64,000 bases of DNA from a bacterium. GTDB taxonomy: Bacteria > Ratteibacteria > UBA8468 > B48-G9 > DTJG01. The stretch is taken from the NCBI GenBank assembly GCA_029552985.1, contig JAKPDB010000107.1, positions 15,170-79,169 of the forward strand, written 5' to 3'. The position numbers and the translations under genes are program-made. Below, one piece after another: positions 29,581 through 39,386 of this stretch. Under the pieces are notes generated by a model, which was given only the letters and a program-made list of their open reading frames with translations, searched no databases and was not told the DNA's origin. The first letter of the stretch is position 1, and each line of letters starts with the position of its first letter.

Positions 29581-30947
29581 GTTATTTATTTAAAAAACAA
29601 TATCCAGATTTTAGACTTTTTGAAAGTTCCTTGAGAAAGCATGGTGACGATTATTACTTTGTTGCTGAAAAAAATGGAAGGATGTATCTGGTTATTGGAA
29701 ACAATTCCTTTCGGTTTATTGAACGAGAGGAATCACCTGAAATATTAAGAAAAACGTTTTCATTTCTCACCCCGGTCTGTGCAGGTATGAAAAATTCCTT
29801 TGGCTTTGGCGACCGGACAGGTTTTGCAACCCCAGGGCATATCCGTGCAGTAGAGGGAAGTGGGCTTTTCCCAATTTTTGCGCAGCAGTCAGCAAGGGAA
29901 CTCGAAAGAACAGGAAGGACATTCAAACAGGTTCTTGACGATGTAATTTTTTGGTGTTTTGCCTTTGGCTGGATAAATGGTTTTGGAGCGGATGCTGACC
30001 ATGCGAAAAATTTTGATGTTTTACAGGAAGCAATTTCTGCTGGCTACACATTTTTCACCATTGACCCCTCTGATAAAATCAGAAACCCATCAGACATTGC
30101 ATCGTGCAAAAAGCAAAGTATCGACAAATACATTAAGGAATATTCTGGTAAGAATTTCGCATGTAATGGATTTTCTTTTGTTTTCACTGAAGAAATGGTT
30201 TCTGAACTTGCTATTACATATGGGCAAGCTATTGATTTCATTGAGGAGTGTTATTTATTTATTTCTGACAGGAAAAAGAATTTTGATTTTGAGGTTTCTG
30301 TTGATGAAACAAAAGTCCCGACAACTGTTTATGCCCATGTATTTATTGTTATGGAGCTTCGCAGGAGAAATATTGAATTCAATAGCCTTGCTTTGCGTTT
30401 TTCCGGAAGATTTGAAAAGGGGATAGATTATATTGGAGATATTAATGAATTTGCCAGAGAACTGGAAATTCATAATAAAATACGGAATCATCTTGGACCA
30501 TATAAGATTTCACTCCATTCTGGAAGCGACAAATTCAGTATATATGGTGCGTTCAAAAAAACACTTGGAGACATGTTTCATGTCAAGACATCTGGGACTT
30601 CGTGGATTCAGGCGATGAAAACCATTGCAGCAATTGACAGGGAATTTTTTATGAAGTGTCTGGAAGTTGCGCTGAAGGACTTTGAAAAAAATTCAAGGTC
30701 CTATGAAATTTCCACAGATATTTCAAGGATAAATTTAGAAAAAATAAGGAACGAAAATCTTGATGAGATATTTTCCGATAATCATATCAGGCAGTTGATT
30801 CATATCAGTTATGGAAGTATTATTGGAAACGCTCCTGAGAGTCAGGAAATGAAACAACATTACAACATCCTGATTGAAAAAAATTGTGAGCTTTATTTTC
30901 GTTTTATTGAAGAACATTTGAAGAAACATGTTCAACTGCTTACATGA
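29577..30947 (+). CDS. GatZ/KbaZ-like TIM-barrel protein (candidate sugar-acid/sugar-phosphate epimerase, UxaE/tagatose-6P epimerase-like)
   Basis: Local resemblance to E. coli GatZ segments (GADADHAKN..AISAGYTFFTIDPS vs GGDHLGPN..YVAAGFSKIHLDAS; LHSGSDKF..HVKTSGTSW vs EAHSTDY..ILKVGPAL). Start overlaps the LarA stop (ATGA). Confidence 0.45.
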   Translation: MSYLFKKQYPDFRLFESSLRKHGDDYYFVAEKNGRMYLVIGNNSFRFIEREESPEILRKTFSFLTPVCAGMKNSFGFGDRTGFATPGHIRAVEGSGLFPIFAQQSARELERTGRTFKQVLDDVIFWCFAFGWINGFGADADHAKNFDVLQEAISAGYTFFTIDPSDKIRNPSDIASCKKQSIDKYIKEYSGKNFACNGFSFVFTEEMVSELAITYGQAIDFIEECYLFISDRKKNFDFEVSVDETKVPTTVYAHVFIVMELRRRNIEFNSLALRFSGRFEKGIDYIGDINEFARELEIHNKIRNHLGPYKISLHSGSDKFSIYGAFKKTLGDMFHVKTSGTSWIQAMKTIAAIDREFFMKCLEVALKDFEKNSRSYEISTDISRINLEKIRNENLDEIFSDNHIRQLIHISYGSIIGNAPESQEMKQHYNILIEKNCELYFRFIEEHLKKHVQLLT

Positions 30948-30957
30948 AAGGAGAAAT

Positions 30958-32880
30958 ATGAACAAAAAAAGATTTCCTTATAGCCAGTTGCCTGAAAGTG
31001 AAATTAAGAAACTTCAGGAATTCAGCAATCTCTGTCGAAGGGATGTGCTGACAATGACAACTCTTGCTGGTTCTGGGCATCCTGGTGGTTCAATGTCTGC
31101 TATGGAAATTTACAATGTTGTCTTCCATTATGCAGCAATCAGTCCTGATGCCCCAGATGATCCTGAGAGAGATAAAATTGTTGTCAGTTTTGGCCATACT
31201 TCTCCTGGTGTGTATGCTGTGTTAGGAAGGCTTGGTTTTTTTGACCTTGATACAGCCATTGCTTCCTTCAGACAGGCAGGTAGTATTTTTGAAGGGCACA
31301 TTGTGAGAAAAGTGCCAGGGGTTGAATGGGGCACAGGAAATCTGGGGCAGGGACTATCTGCGGGTTGTGGTTTTGCTCTGATTGATAAAATAAAAAATCG
31401 GGATACTTTTACCTTCGTGTTGATGAGTGATGGTGAACAGACAAAGGGTCAAGTGGGCGAGGCACGTCGTTTTGCAATCAAATACAAACTTAACAATCTC
31501 AGGGTTATTATTGATTATAACAGAATTCAAATCAGCGGCTGTATTTTTGATATCATGCCTAACAACATTAAGGAAAACTATCTTGCTGATGGATGGGAAG
31601 TAATGGAGACCGATGGTCATGACATATCCGACCTTTACGACACGATTAGAAGAAGTTTAGAAATTGATAAACCTGTTTGTATCATTGCCAGCACAGTTAT
31701 TGGAAAGGGTGTTTCTTTTATGGAAGGTAAATGTGCCTATCATGGAAAAGTTTTGAAGGAAGACGAGTACATGAAAGCCGTGGAAGAACTTGGTCTTTGT
31801 AGCGAACTTGAAAAATACAGAGAAATCAGAAAAAATAAAATGTATTCATTTCCAGACAGAACGTTCGATATTAAAATTTCAGCGCTTCAGGGCTCTATCC
31901 GGGTGTATCAGCCAGGTACAAAAATTGATAATCGCACAGCATTTGGAAACGCATTGCTTGACATTGGAATAGCCAATAAGGATAACAAAGACAATCCAGT
32001 AATTGTTTTTGATTGCGACCTTGCAAGTTCTGTTAAAACAGATTTATTTGCAAAACAATTTCCTGAAAGATTTTTTCAATGTGGTGTTCAGGAACATCAT
32101 GCAGCGACTGTAGCAGGGGCTGCTTCTGTTGATGGCGCCATCAGTTTTTTTGCTGATTTTGGGGTTTTTGGAGTGGATGAAACTTACAATCAGCACCGGT
32201 TGAATGACCAGAATTATACAAATTTGAAAATTGTGTGTACGCATCTTGGGCTTGATGTGGGAGAAGATGGAAAGACTCATCAGTGCATTGATTATGTGGG
32301 ACTATTCAGAAATGTTTTTGGAATAAGACTCATTATACCCGCAGATGCCAATCAAACCGATAGAGTAATCAGATATGTTGCCACTCATCCTGGAAATTAT
32401 TTTGTTGGAATGGGTCGTTCCTATACACCGATTATAACAACTTCTGATGGGAAACCATTTTTTGGAGAAAAATATCAATTCGAATACGGCAAGGCAGATA
32501 TTTTAAGAGATGGGAAACATGGATTTATTTATACTTTGGGAGCACTGGTGCCAAGAGCAGTTGCTATTTCTGACCGGCTCAGGCAGGATGGAGTTAGTAT
32601 TGGTGTTATCAATTGCTCATGCCCTGTTATAATTGATAGGGAAGCAATGGAATTGGGCATAAAAACTGGTTTGATCATATCATATGAAGACCATGTGGTT
32701 GATTCAGGGCTTGGTATGACAATTGCTGCATATATTGCTGAAAAACAAGTTAACGTGAAATTTCACAGGTTTGGTATTAGGAAATACGGTAGTTCAGGAA
32801 CACCTGATGAACTTTATGCTGAACATGGGCTTGACCCTGAAACAATGATATCTTTTATTAAAAGCATTATTAAAAAATAA
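30958..32880 (+). CDS. tkt: transketolase (single-chain, ~640 aa)
   Basis: GSGHPGGSMS TPP motif. SD AAAGGAGA precedes the ATG at 30958. Confidence 0.85.
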   Translation: MNKKRFPYSQLPESEIKKLQEFSNLCRRDVLTMTTLAGSGHPGGSMSAMEIYNVVFHYAAISPDAPDDPERDKIVVSFGHTSPGVYAVLGRLGFFDLDTAIASFRQAGSIFEGHIVRKVPGVEWGTGNLGQGLSAGCGFALIDKIKNRDTFTFVLMSDGEQTKGQVGEARRFAIKYKLNNLRVIIDYNRIQISGCIFDIMPNNIKENYLADGWEVMETDGHDISDLYDTIRRSLEIDKPVCIIASTVIGKGVSFMEGKCAYHGKVLKEDEYMKAVEELGLCSELEKYREIRKNKMYSFPDRTFDIKISALQGSIRVYQPGTKIDNRTAFGNALLDIGIANKDNKDNPVIVFDCDLASSVKTDLFAKQFPERFFQCGVQEHHAATVAGAASVDGAISFFADFGVFGVDETYNQHRLNDQNYTNLKIVCTHLGLDVGEDGKTHQCIDYVGLFRNVFGIRLIIPADANQTDRVIRYVATHPGNYFVGMGRSYTPIITTSDGKPFFGEKYQFEYGKADILRDGKHGFIYTLGALVPRAVAISDRLRQDGVSIGVINCSCPVIIDREAMELGIKTGLIISYEDHVVDSGLGMTIAAYIAEKQVNVKFHRFGIRKYGSSGTPDELYAEHGLDPETMISFIKSIIKK

Positions 32881-32893
32881 ACAGGAGGTTCAA

Positions 32894-33094
32894 ATGAAAT
32901 GTAATAGAGACACTAATCTAAAACATTGTACCTGCACATATGTTTCATGCAGTAAACGTGGTATGTGCTGTGAATGCGTTGCCTATCACAGAGACAGTGG
33001 TGAAATTCCGGGTTGCTTTTTTCCGCCTGAAGCAGAAAAAAGTTATGATAGGTCAATCAAAAATTTTATCAATGTGTGGAACAAAAAAGTGTAG
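32894..33094 (+). CDS. small Cys-rich protein (C-x-C...C..C-C-E-C)
   Basis: 66 aa with 8 Cys (CTCTYVSCSKRGMCCECVAYHR...GCFFP). A strong AGGAGG SD is present. Confidence 0.4.
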   Translation: MKCNRDTNLKHCTCTYVSCSKRGMCCECVAYHRDSGEIPGCFFPPEAEKSYDRSIKNFINVWNKKV

Positions 33095-33100
33095 GCATTG

Positions 33101-34027
33101 CTAATACCATAGCCAGAGGTACTTCCATCGTTTGCTGTAGAATGTCGCGACATCTGGTTTTCTTATGATAATCAGTGTTTCGATATTTTTTCTTGCTGAT
33201 TCTGTGTAATTAAACGAGCCAGTTAACACAATTTTTTCATCAATGATCGTGAACTTATCATGAATGTTTTCCACGAAACAATCTTTTTTTATATGGAAAA
33301 AGTGAAATCGTTTTAAAAATTCATATTCGTTTGATGCTGGATTTTGAGAATTCTCAAAAATTCCATAAATTTGTACCCCTTTCAGTCCCACTTTGCAAAT
33401 CTCTTCTGCAATTGAATCAGAGGTAAATGAAAACATTGCGAATTTTATATTTTTTTCTGCCTTGCCTATTTCATTTCTTATAATTTGAGCGCAATCAGTG
33501 GTAGGGGAAAAATATATTTCAACAACCTGATCCTTATAAGTGTTGCAATCCATTGAACCACTCCACAAAAGCAAAAAATTTTTCGCAAAAAACTTTCCTA
33601 TATTTCCATCGTTAAAAAATACGATATTATTTGAGTCCCACATCAGGGAGGATTCAGTAAAATTGGCAGAACCCACAAATACATATCTTTCATCAATGAC
33701 AATGAACTTTGCGTGTAAATGGCAGGATTTTTTATCCCACTGTTTTATTTTTGTTTGAGTAATCTTAATGGAAACATTTTCCTGTGGAAACTGCAGCAGT
33801 ATTTTGACATCAATTCCTTTTCTGGAAAGTTTTTCAAGAGTTTCAAAACCATCACTCCAGCCGAATGTATAAGTTGCGATATAAACTGATTTTTTCGCCT
33901 GCAGCAACCTATTTATGATTAATCTATCAACTTTCTGGCAAGGAGAAAAATACACTTTGATATCTGAACAATAGACAATGGATTGAAGTAGCAACAGGGG
34001 AATGAAAAATTGACGAAACTTTTTCAT
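33101..34027 (-). CDS. secreted phospholipase D/nuclease family protein with two HKD motifs
   Basis: Signal peptide, then HAKFIVID..GSANFT and HDKFTIID..GSFNYT HxK(x)4D motifs. Confidence 0.75.
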   Translation of the reverse strand: MKKFRQFFIPLLLLQSIVYCSDIKVYFSPCQKVDRLIINRLLQAKKSVYIATYTFGWSDGFETLEKLSRKGIDVKILLQFPQENVSIKITQTKIKQWDKKSCHLHAKFIVIDERYVFVGSANFTESSLMWDSNNIVFFNDGNIGKFFAKNFLLLWSGSMDCNTYKDQVVEIYFSPTTDCAQIIRNEIGKAEKNIKFAMFSFTSDSIAEEICKVGLKGVQIYGIFENSQNPASNEYEFLKRFHFFHIKKDCFVENIHDKFTIIDEKIVLTGSFNYTESARKNIETLIIIRKPDVATFYSKRWKYLWLWY

Positions 34028-34105
34028 AAAGAAATTTTAATGTTTTCATAACAATTTTTCAATACGTACAATTTTCATAAATTGGCAAATTGAAGTAAAA
34101 TAATA

Positions 34106-35182
34106 ATGAAAATTACTAAAAAGGAGGAGATTTTGAGAGCCGCTATTTTCCATGGTCCAGAAAAAATTTCTGTAGAGAACTGGAAATTACCAGTGTGTGC
34201 AGACGACGAGATTTTGATAAAAGTGAATTATTGTGCGATATGCGGTACAGATGTTAGAACCTTTTTCCATGGACATAAGAAAGTGATTCCTCCTGCTATT
34301 ATCGGGCATGAAATAACAGGAGAAATTGTTGAAATCGGAAAAGAGGTAAAAACAAACCTGAAAGTTGGTGATAGAATCACGCCTGTTACTTCTATTGGTT
34401 GCGGTGTCTGTCGACTATGTCAGAAAGGACTTTATAATCTATGTCCTGATACAAAGGCGCTTGGATATTACTGGGCTGGAGGATTTGCTGAGTACATGAT
34501 TATTCCAGGACCTGCTGTAAAACAAAATGCCTGGGTACTTTTACCTGAAAATGTTTCTTTGCTTGAGGGGGCTCTCATTGAACCTCTTTCTTGTGTCATC
34601 AATGCTCAAAATTACTTAAACATACAGGATGGAGATACAGTTGTGATTTATGGTGGAGGACCCATTGGATTTATGCACGCTGTTATGGCTCAGACATCAG
34701 GCGCAGAAAAACTTATTATGGTGGACCCTGCGTTTGATCGTCTTGAGAAATTTGCGAGGAATTTCGACAATATTATTCTGATAAATCCAAATACTGAAAA
34801 TACTGTTGCAAAAATAAAAGATATTACCAGAAATTTTGGTGCGGATGTGGTTATCACTGCATGTCCTGCAAAGCAGGCACAGATTGAGGCATTTTCTATT
34901 GCGGCACCGCACAGTAGAATCAGTTTCTTCGGCGGGCTTCCAAAAGATGATTCAATGATTACGATTGACAGCAATCTGATTCATTACCTGGAAATCTCAG
35001 TTTTTGGAGCATTTGCGTCAAATCGAAAAGATTATCAGAAAGCAGTGGATTTAATATCTTCAAGAAAAATAGATCCGTCAAAATTCATCACTGAAGTAAT
35101 TTCTCTTGAAGAGATTGAAAAGGGAATTCGTCTTGTGAAGAATGGCAGTGTATTAAAGGTTGTGGTGAAGATACAGGAGTAA
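34106..35182 (+). CDS. zinc-dependent alcohol dehydrogenase (sorbitol/threonine dehydrogenase-like MDR)
   Basis: CAICGTD...GHE Zn motifs and the GGGPIG NAD motif. The likely true start is the in-frame TTG at 34133, 5 nt after AAGGAGG. Confidence 0.85.
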   Translation: MKITKKEEILRAAIFHGPEKISVENWKLPVCADDEILIKVNYCAICGTDVRTFFHGHKKVIPPAIIGHEITGEIVEIGKEVKTNLKVGDRITPVTSIGCGVCRLCQKGLYNLCPDTKALGYYWAGGFAEYMIIPGPAVKQNAWVLLPENVSLLEGALIEPLSCVINAQNYLNIQDGDTVVIYGGGPIGFMHAVMAQTSGAEKLIMVDPAFDRLEKFARNFDNIILINPNTENTVAKIKDITRNFGADVVITACPAKQAQIEAFSIAAPHSRISFFGGLPKDDSMITIDSNLIHYLEISVFGAFASNRKDYQKAVDLISSRKIDPSKFITEVISLEEIEKGIRLVKNGSVLKVVVKIQE

Positions 35183-35185
35183 ATC

Positions 35186-35977
35186 ATGAAATCAGAGGTT
35201 TTGAAAGACAAAATTACAATTATCACAGGTGCAGGAAGAGGTCTTGGAGAGGCATTAAGTTATGGATTTGCACAAGAGGGTGCAATCATATGTCCATGGG
35301 ACATTGATGAAAACAATCTAAATAGGGTTGCAGAAGAATTGAAAAAACTTAACAGGCTTGGAAGAAAAGCAAAACTTGATATTACTGACGAACATCAGGT
35401 GAAAAAAGAAATTGAAGCGATTGAATCAGAATTCAGGAAAATTGATATTTTAATTGCTAATGCAGGTATTTTGAGGTCCTATGAAATCACAGATTTTCCA
35501 GAAGAGGATTGGAGGAAAATTATTGAGGTAAATCTCACAGGATATTTTATTTGTGCAAAGTATACTGCAAGGGTAATGAAGAAACAACGTAGTGGAGTGA
35601 TTATTCAAATTAACTCAAAGTCAGGAAAAAAAGGAAGCTACTGGAATTGCGCGTATGCGGCAAGCAAATTTGGCGGTATCGGGCTTACACAGAGCATTGC
35701 ACTTGATCTTGCACCGTTTAATATCAGAGTTAATGCGATATGCCCCGGGAATATTCTTGAAAGTCCTCTATGGCAGACAAGTTTGTTTCAGCAGTATGCA
35801 AAAAAATGGGGCATTTCCATAGAGGAGGTTAAGAAAAAATATATTGACCAGGTACCTCTCGGCAGGCCGTGCACATACAAGGATGTGATTAATGTGGCTG
35901 TTTTTCTTGCAAGCGATTATGCCAGTTACATGACAGGCCAGGCAATTAACGTGACCGGTGGTCAGGAAATGAGATGA
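35186..35977 (+). CDS. srlD: sorbitol-6-phosphate 2-dehydrogenase-like SDR
   Basis: IIQINSKSGKKGS, AAKFGGIGLTQSIALDL and ASYMTGQAINVTGGQEM closely match E. coli SrlD. Confidence 0.75.
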   Translation: MKSEVLKDKITIITGAGRGLGEALSYGFAQEGAIICPWDIDENNLNRVAEELKKLNRLGRKAKLDITDEHQVKKEIEAIESEFRKIDILIANAGILRSYEITDFPEEDWRKIIEVNLTGYFICAKYTARVMKKQRSGVIIQINSKSGKKGSYWNCAYAASKFGGIGLTQSIALDLAPFNIRVNAICPGNILESPLWQTSLFQQYAKKWGISIEEVKKKYIDQVPLGRPCTYKDVINVAVFLASDYASYMTGQAINVTGGQEMR

Positions 35978-37092
35978 AACCATCCAGGGATGAAATTTTC
36001 CTGAAAAAATGTCTTTCTCTTGCCAACAATGGCCTCGGACTGGTCAGTCCAAATCCAATGGTTGGTGCTGTTGTTGTTAAGGGAAATCATGTCGTTGGAC
36101 AGGGCTGGCATAGAGCGTATGGGCTGGCCCATGCAGAAGTGGAAGCACTAAAAATGGCAGGTTCAAAGGCAAAAAATGCTACCCTTTACGTAAATCTTGA
36201 ACCCTGTTGTCATTATGGAAAAACCCCTCCCTGCACTGATGCAATTATCAAAGCAGGTATAAAAAAGGTTGTTTTCTGTACCATTGATCCCAATCCTTTT
36301 GTAAACGGTAAGAGTGTTGGCATGTTAAGAAATCATGGTATTGAAGTAAGGCATGGATTACTGGAAAGACAAGCCATAGACTTAAACAAAGCCTATTTTA
36401 CATATATGAAAAAGAAAAGGCCTTTTATTGCCTTGAAGTGGGCTATGAGTATTGATGGCAAGATTGCCGATGCTTCTGGCAATTCGAAGTGGATTACATG
36501 TGATGACGCAAGAGCATTTAATAGAAATCTGAGATTTGAATACGATGCAATAATGACTGGGGTAGAAACTATTATCAAAGATAATCCTGAACTGAATTAT
36601 TCTGTTCCTTACGGAGGAAGAAAATCTCTTTTAAAAAACAAACGTTATTCAAAGATTATCCTTGATACATCCCTGAGATGTCCGCGTGATGCAAAAATTT
36701 TTTTAGAGACATCTAAAAAAGTGATCGTTTTTACAGGTAGAGGTACAAGGTCCTTGCAGACAGAATACCCGGAAAATGTTGAATTTGTTGAGGTTGATAA
36801 AAACTCTGCTGGATTTCTTGATATTCAGCAGGTAATTCAAAATTTGTATGAAAGGGGCATTGGTAAACTATTTGTTGAAGGAGGTACAAAGGTTTTAACT
36901 TCCTTTTATGATTGCGAGCTCTTTGATAAAATTTATGTTTTTATTGGAAGTAAAATTATTGGTGGGGATGCTGTATATCCGCCATTGAAGGGTAAAACCA
37001 TACCCCTGGGAATGTCTGGTCTTGAACTTAAAGAAATTATCAGGTTTTCAAACGATATATTGATTGTTCTGGAAAAATGTTCTCAGGAATAA
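35974..37092 (+). CDS. ribD: bifunctional diaminohydroxyphosphoribosylaminopyrimidine deaminase / 5-amino-6-(5-phosphoribosylamino)uracil reductase
   Basis: HAEVEAL and PCxxC deaminase motifs plus a C-terminal reductase domain. Confidence 0.9.
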   Translation: MKPSRDEIFLKKCLSLANNGLGLVSPNPMVGAVVVKGNHVVGQGWHRAYGLAHAEVEALKMAGSKAKNATLYVNLEPCCHYGKTPPCTDAIIKAGIKKVVFCTIDPNPFVNGKSVGMLRNHGIEVRHGLLERQAIDLNKAYFTYMKKKRPFIALKWAMSIDGKIADASGNSKWITCDDARAFNRNLRFEYDAIMTGVETIIKDNPELNYSVPYGGRKSLLKNKRYSKIILDTSLRCPRDAKIFLETSKKVIVFTGRGTRSLQTEYPENVEFVEVDKNSAGFLDIQQVIQNLYERGIGKLFVEGGTKVLTSFYDCELFDKIYVFIGSKIIGGDAVYPPLKGKTIPLGMSGLELKEIIRFSNDILIVLEKCSQE

Positions 37093-37700
37093 TTGAAGAA
37101 AAAGGCATCGTTGTTGAAAAGAAACCGATTGGGCAGACATCTATCATTGGCATCAGCGCTGTAAAAGTTTTTGATGATTTGCAACAGGGAGACAGTATCA
37201 GTGTGGATGGGGTATGTTTGACTGTTGAAAAAATTACTCAACATATATTTTATGCAACAATCTCCTATGAAACAATGAAGTTGACAACCCTCGGACAGAT
37301 TAGGATTGGAACAAGAGTCAACCTTGAACGTGCATTGAAATATGGTGATAGGGTAGGGGGACATTTTCTTTTAGGACATATTGATTTTACTGGTACACTT
37401 TCAGGAAAAAAAGATGAAAAAGACCATTATGTAATCAGGATACAGGTACCTGCTCCTTTTATAAAATACTTTGTTCGAAAATGTTCTGTGGGAATTGATG
37501 GAATTTCTCTTACTGTTGCAGATATTACGGGTAATCAAATTATTGTATGGTTAATTCCATATACAGTTGAGAATACCACAATTGGGGAGAAACGTGTGGG
37601 AGATAGGGTGAATGTAGAAACTGATGTTATTGTGAAATCTGCAATAGAAGGCAGAACATACAGGGAAAAACATGAAATCAACAAGGAAGCAATTTTTTGA
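37077..37700 (+). CDS. ribE: riboflavin synthase
   Basis: MFSGIIEE N-terminus and a duplicated lumazine-binding domain. Confidence 0.9.
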   Translation: MFSGIIEEKGIVVEKKPIGQTSIIGISAVKVFDDLQQGDSISVDGVCLTVEKITQHIFYATISYETMKLTTLGQIRIGTRVNLERALKYGDRVGGHFLLGHIDFTGTLSGKKDEKDHYVIRIQVPAPFIKYFVRKCSVGIDGISLTVADITGNQIIVWLIPYTVENTTIGEKRVGDRVNVETDVIVKSAIEGRTYREKHEINKEAIF

Positions 37701-38925
37701 AATCAGCACTGTCGAAAAGGCAATAGAGGATTTGAAAAAGGGGAAATTTATCATTGTTGTTGATGATGCAAAAAGAGAAAACGAAGGGGATTTGATTTGT
37801 TCAGCTCAAAAGGTCACCCCGCAGCACATCAACTTTATGGCTAAACATGCCAGGGGATTAATATGTGTAGCATTAACCCAAGAAAGAATAAGACAGTTAA
37901 ACTTAACTCCGATGGTGGAGGATAATACAGCACTTCATCGAACCGGTTTTACTGTTTCTGTTGATGCCAAAAAAGGAGTGACGACAGGGATTTCTGCACA
38001 TGATAGAGCAAAGACGATAAAACTTTTGATTAATTCTGCCACAAAGCCAGAGGATCTTGCAAGACCAGGGCATGTGTTTCCCATTCAAGCAAAACAGGGA
38101 GGCGTGCTTGTACGTGCCGGGCATACTGAAGCAGCCGTTGACCTTGCAAGAATAGCAGGACACTATCCAGCAGGAGTGATATGTGAAATTATGGCAGACG
38201 ATGGTTCCATGGCGCGAATGCCAGAATTATTGAAATTTGCGAAAAAACATAACTTGAAAATCATTACGATTGCGGATTTAATCAAGTTCAGAAGGATGAG
38301 GGAAAAACTGATTGAAAGGGTTTTATCTGTTGAGTTACCAACAAAATTTGGAACTTTTGATCTTTATCTTTACAGAGATAAAATTGAAAACAACAATCAC
38401 CTGGCTCTGGTAAAGAAATTGCCTGATAATAAAAAAATACCTCTGGTCAGAGTTCATTCACAATGCCTTACTGGAGACATTTTTCATTCTTTTCGATGCG
38501 ATTGTGGGGAGCAATTGCACAAGTCCCTTGAAATGATTTCCCAGCAGGGAGGCGCGTTAATATATTTGCCTCAAGAGGGCAGGGGAATAGGACTTGCGGA
38601 TAAACTCAGAGCGTATAAACTTCAGTCAGAGAAAAAGATGGATACTGTTGAGGCAAATCTTTATCTTGGTTATCCGGACGACCTGAGGGATTATGGCATT
38701 GGTGCTCAGATTCTTCTTGATTTGGGACTAACAAATATTCGGCTTCTTACCAATAATCCCAGAAAAATTATCGGTCTTGAGGGTTATGGAATACGCATTA
38801 TTGAACGAGTACCCATCGAGGTGCCGCCGAATCCTCATTCCATTAAATACCTTGAAACAAAAAAATTGAAAATGAAACATTTAATTAGAAATGTAAGTTT
38901 ATGTCAACCAGGAGGAAAAAAATGA
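37672..38925 (+). CDS. ribBA: bifunctional 3,4-dihydroxy-2-butanone-4-phosphate synthase / GTP cyclohydrolase II
   Basis: DDAKRENEGDLI DHBP motif and a C-terminal GCH-II domain with the C..C.C zinc motif. Confidence 0.9.
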   Translation: MKSTRKQFFEISTVEKAIEDLKKGKFIIVVDDAKRENEGDLICSAQKVTPQHINFMAKHARGLICVALTQERIRQLNLTPMVEDNTALHRTGFTVSVDAKKGVTTGISAHDRAKTIKLLINSATKPEDLARPGHVFPIQAKQGGVLVRAGHTEAAVDLARIAGHYPAGVICEIMADDGSMARMPELLKFAKKHNLKIITIADLIKFRRMREKLIERVLSVELPTKFGTFDLYLYRDKIENNNHLALVKKLPDNKKIPLVRVHSQCLTGDIFHSFRCDCGEQLHKSLEMISQQGGALIYLPQEGRGIGLADKLRAYKLQSEKKMDTVEANLYLGYPDDLRDYGIGAQILLDLGLTNIRLLTNNPRKIIGLEGYGIRIIERVPIEVPPNPHSIKYLETKKLKMKHLIRNVSLCQPGGKK

Positions 38926-39386
38926 GAATTTTAGAAGGACATCTTTCCGCAGAAGGAAAGCATTTTGGAATCGTGGTAAGCAGATTTAATGAATTTTTGA
39001 CGAAAAATCTTCTTGATGGTGCACTGGACTGTCTTAAAAGACACGGTGCATCAGACGAAAGTATTGATGTTGTCTGGGTACCAGGTTCATTTGAGATTGG
39101 TTTTGCGGCAAGAAAAATGGCTTCTTTGAAAAAGTATCACGCTCTGATATGTCTTGGAGTGATTATTCGTGGGGCAACGCCGCATTTTGAATATGTGGCA
39201 GGACAGGTTACAAGGATTTTAGGTCAAATTAATAGCGAGGGGATTGTTCCTGTCACTTATGGAATTATCATTGCAGACAGTCTTGAACAGGCAACAGAAA
39301 GAGTGGGGACAAAAATGGGAAATAAGGGCTGGAATGCCGCGCTTTCAGCCATTGAAATGGCAAACATTAATGATTTACTGAAATGA
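38922..39386 (+). CDS. ribH: 6,7-dimethyl-8-ribityllumazine synthase
   Basis: FGIVVSRFNEF and VPGSFEIG motifs. Start overlaps the ribBA stop (ATGA). Confidence 0.85.
   Translation: MRILEGHLSAEGKHFGIVVSRFNEFLTKNLLDGALDCLKRHGASDESIDVVWVPGSFEIGFAARKMASLKKYHALICLGVIIRGATPHFEYVAGQVTRILGQINSEGIVPVTYGIIIADSLEQATERVGTKMGNKGWNAALSAIEMANINDLLK

Noticed and set aside
34028-34105. Looked for an FMN (RFN) riboswitch upstream of the rib genes
   Set aside because: The region is 78 nt, AT-rich and lacks the conserved GC-rich RFN core. Rib genes are instead fused behind two dehydrogenase genes.
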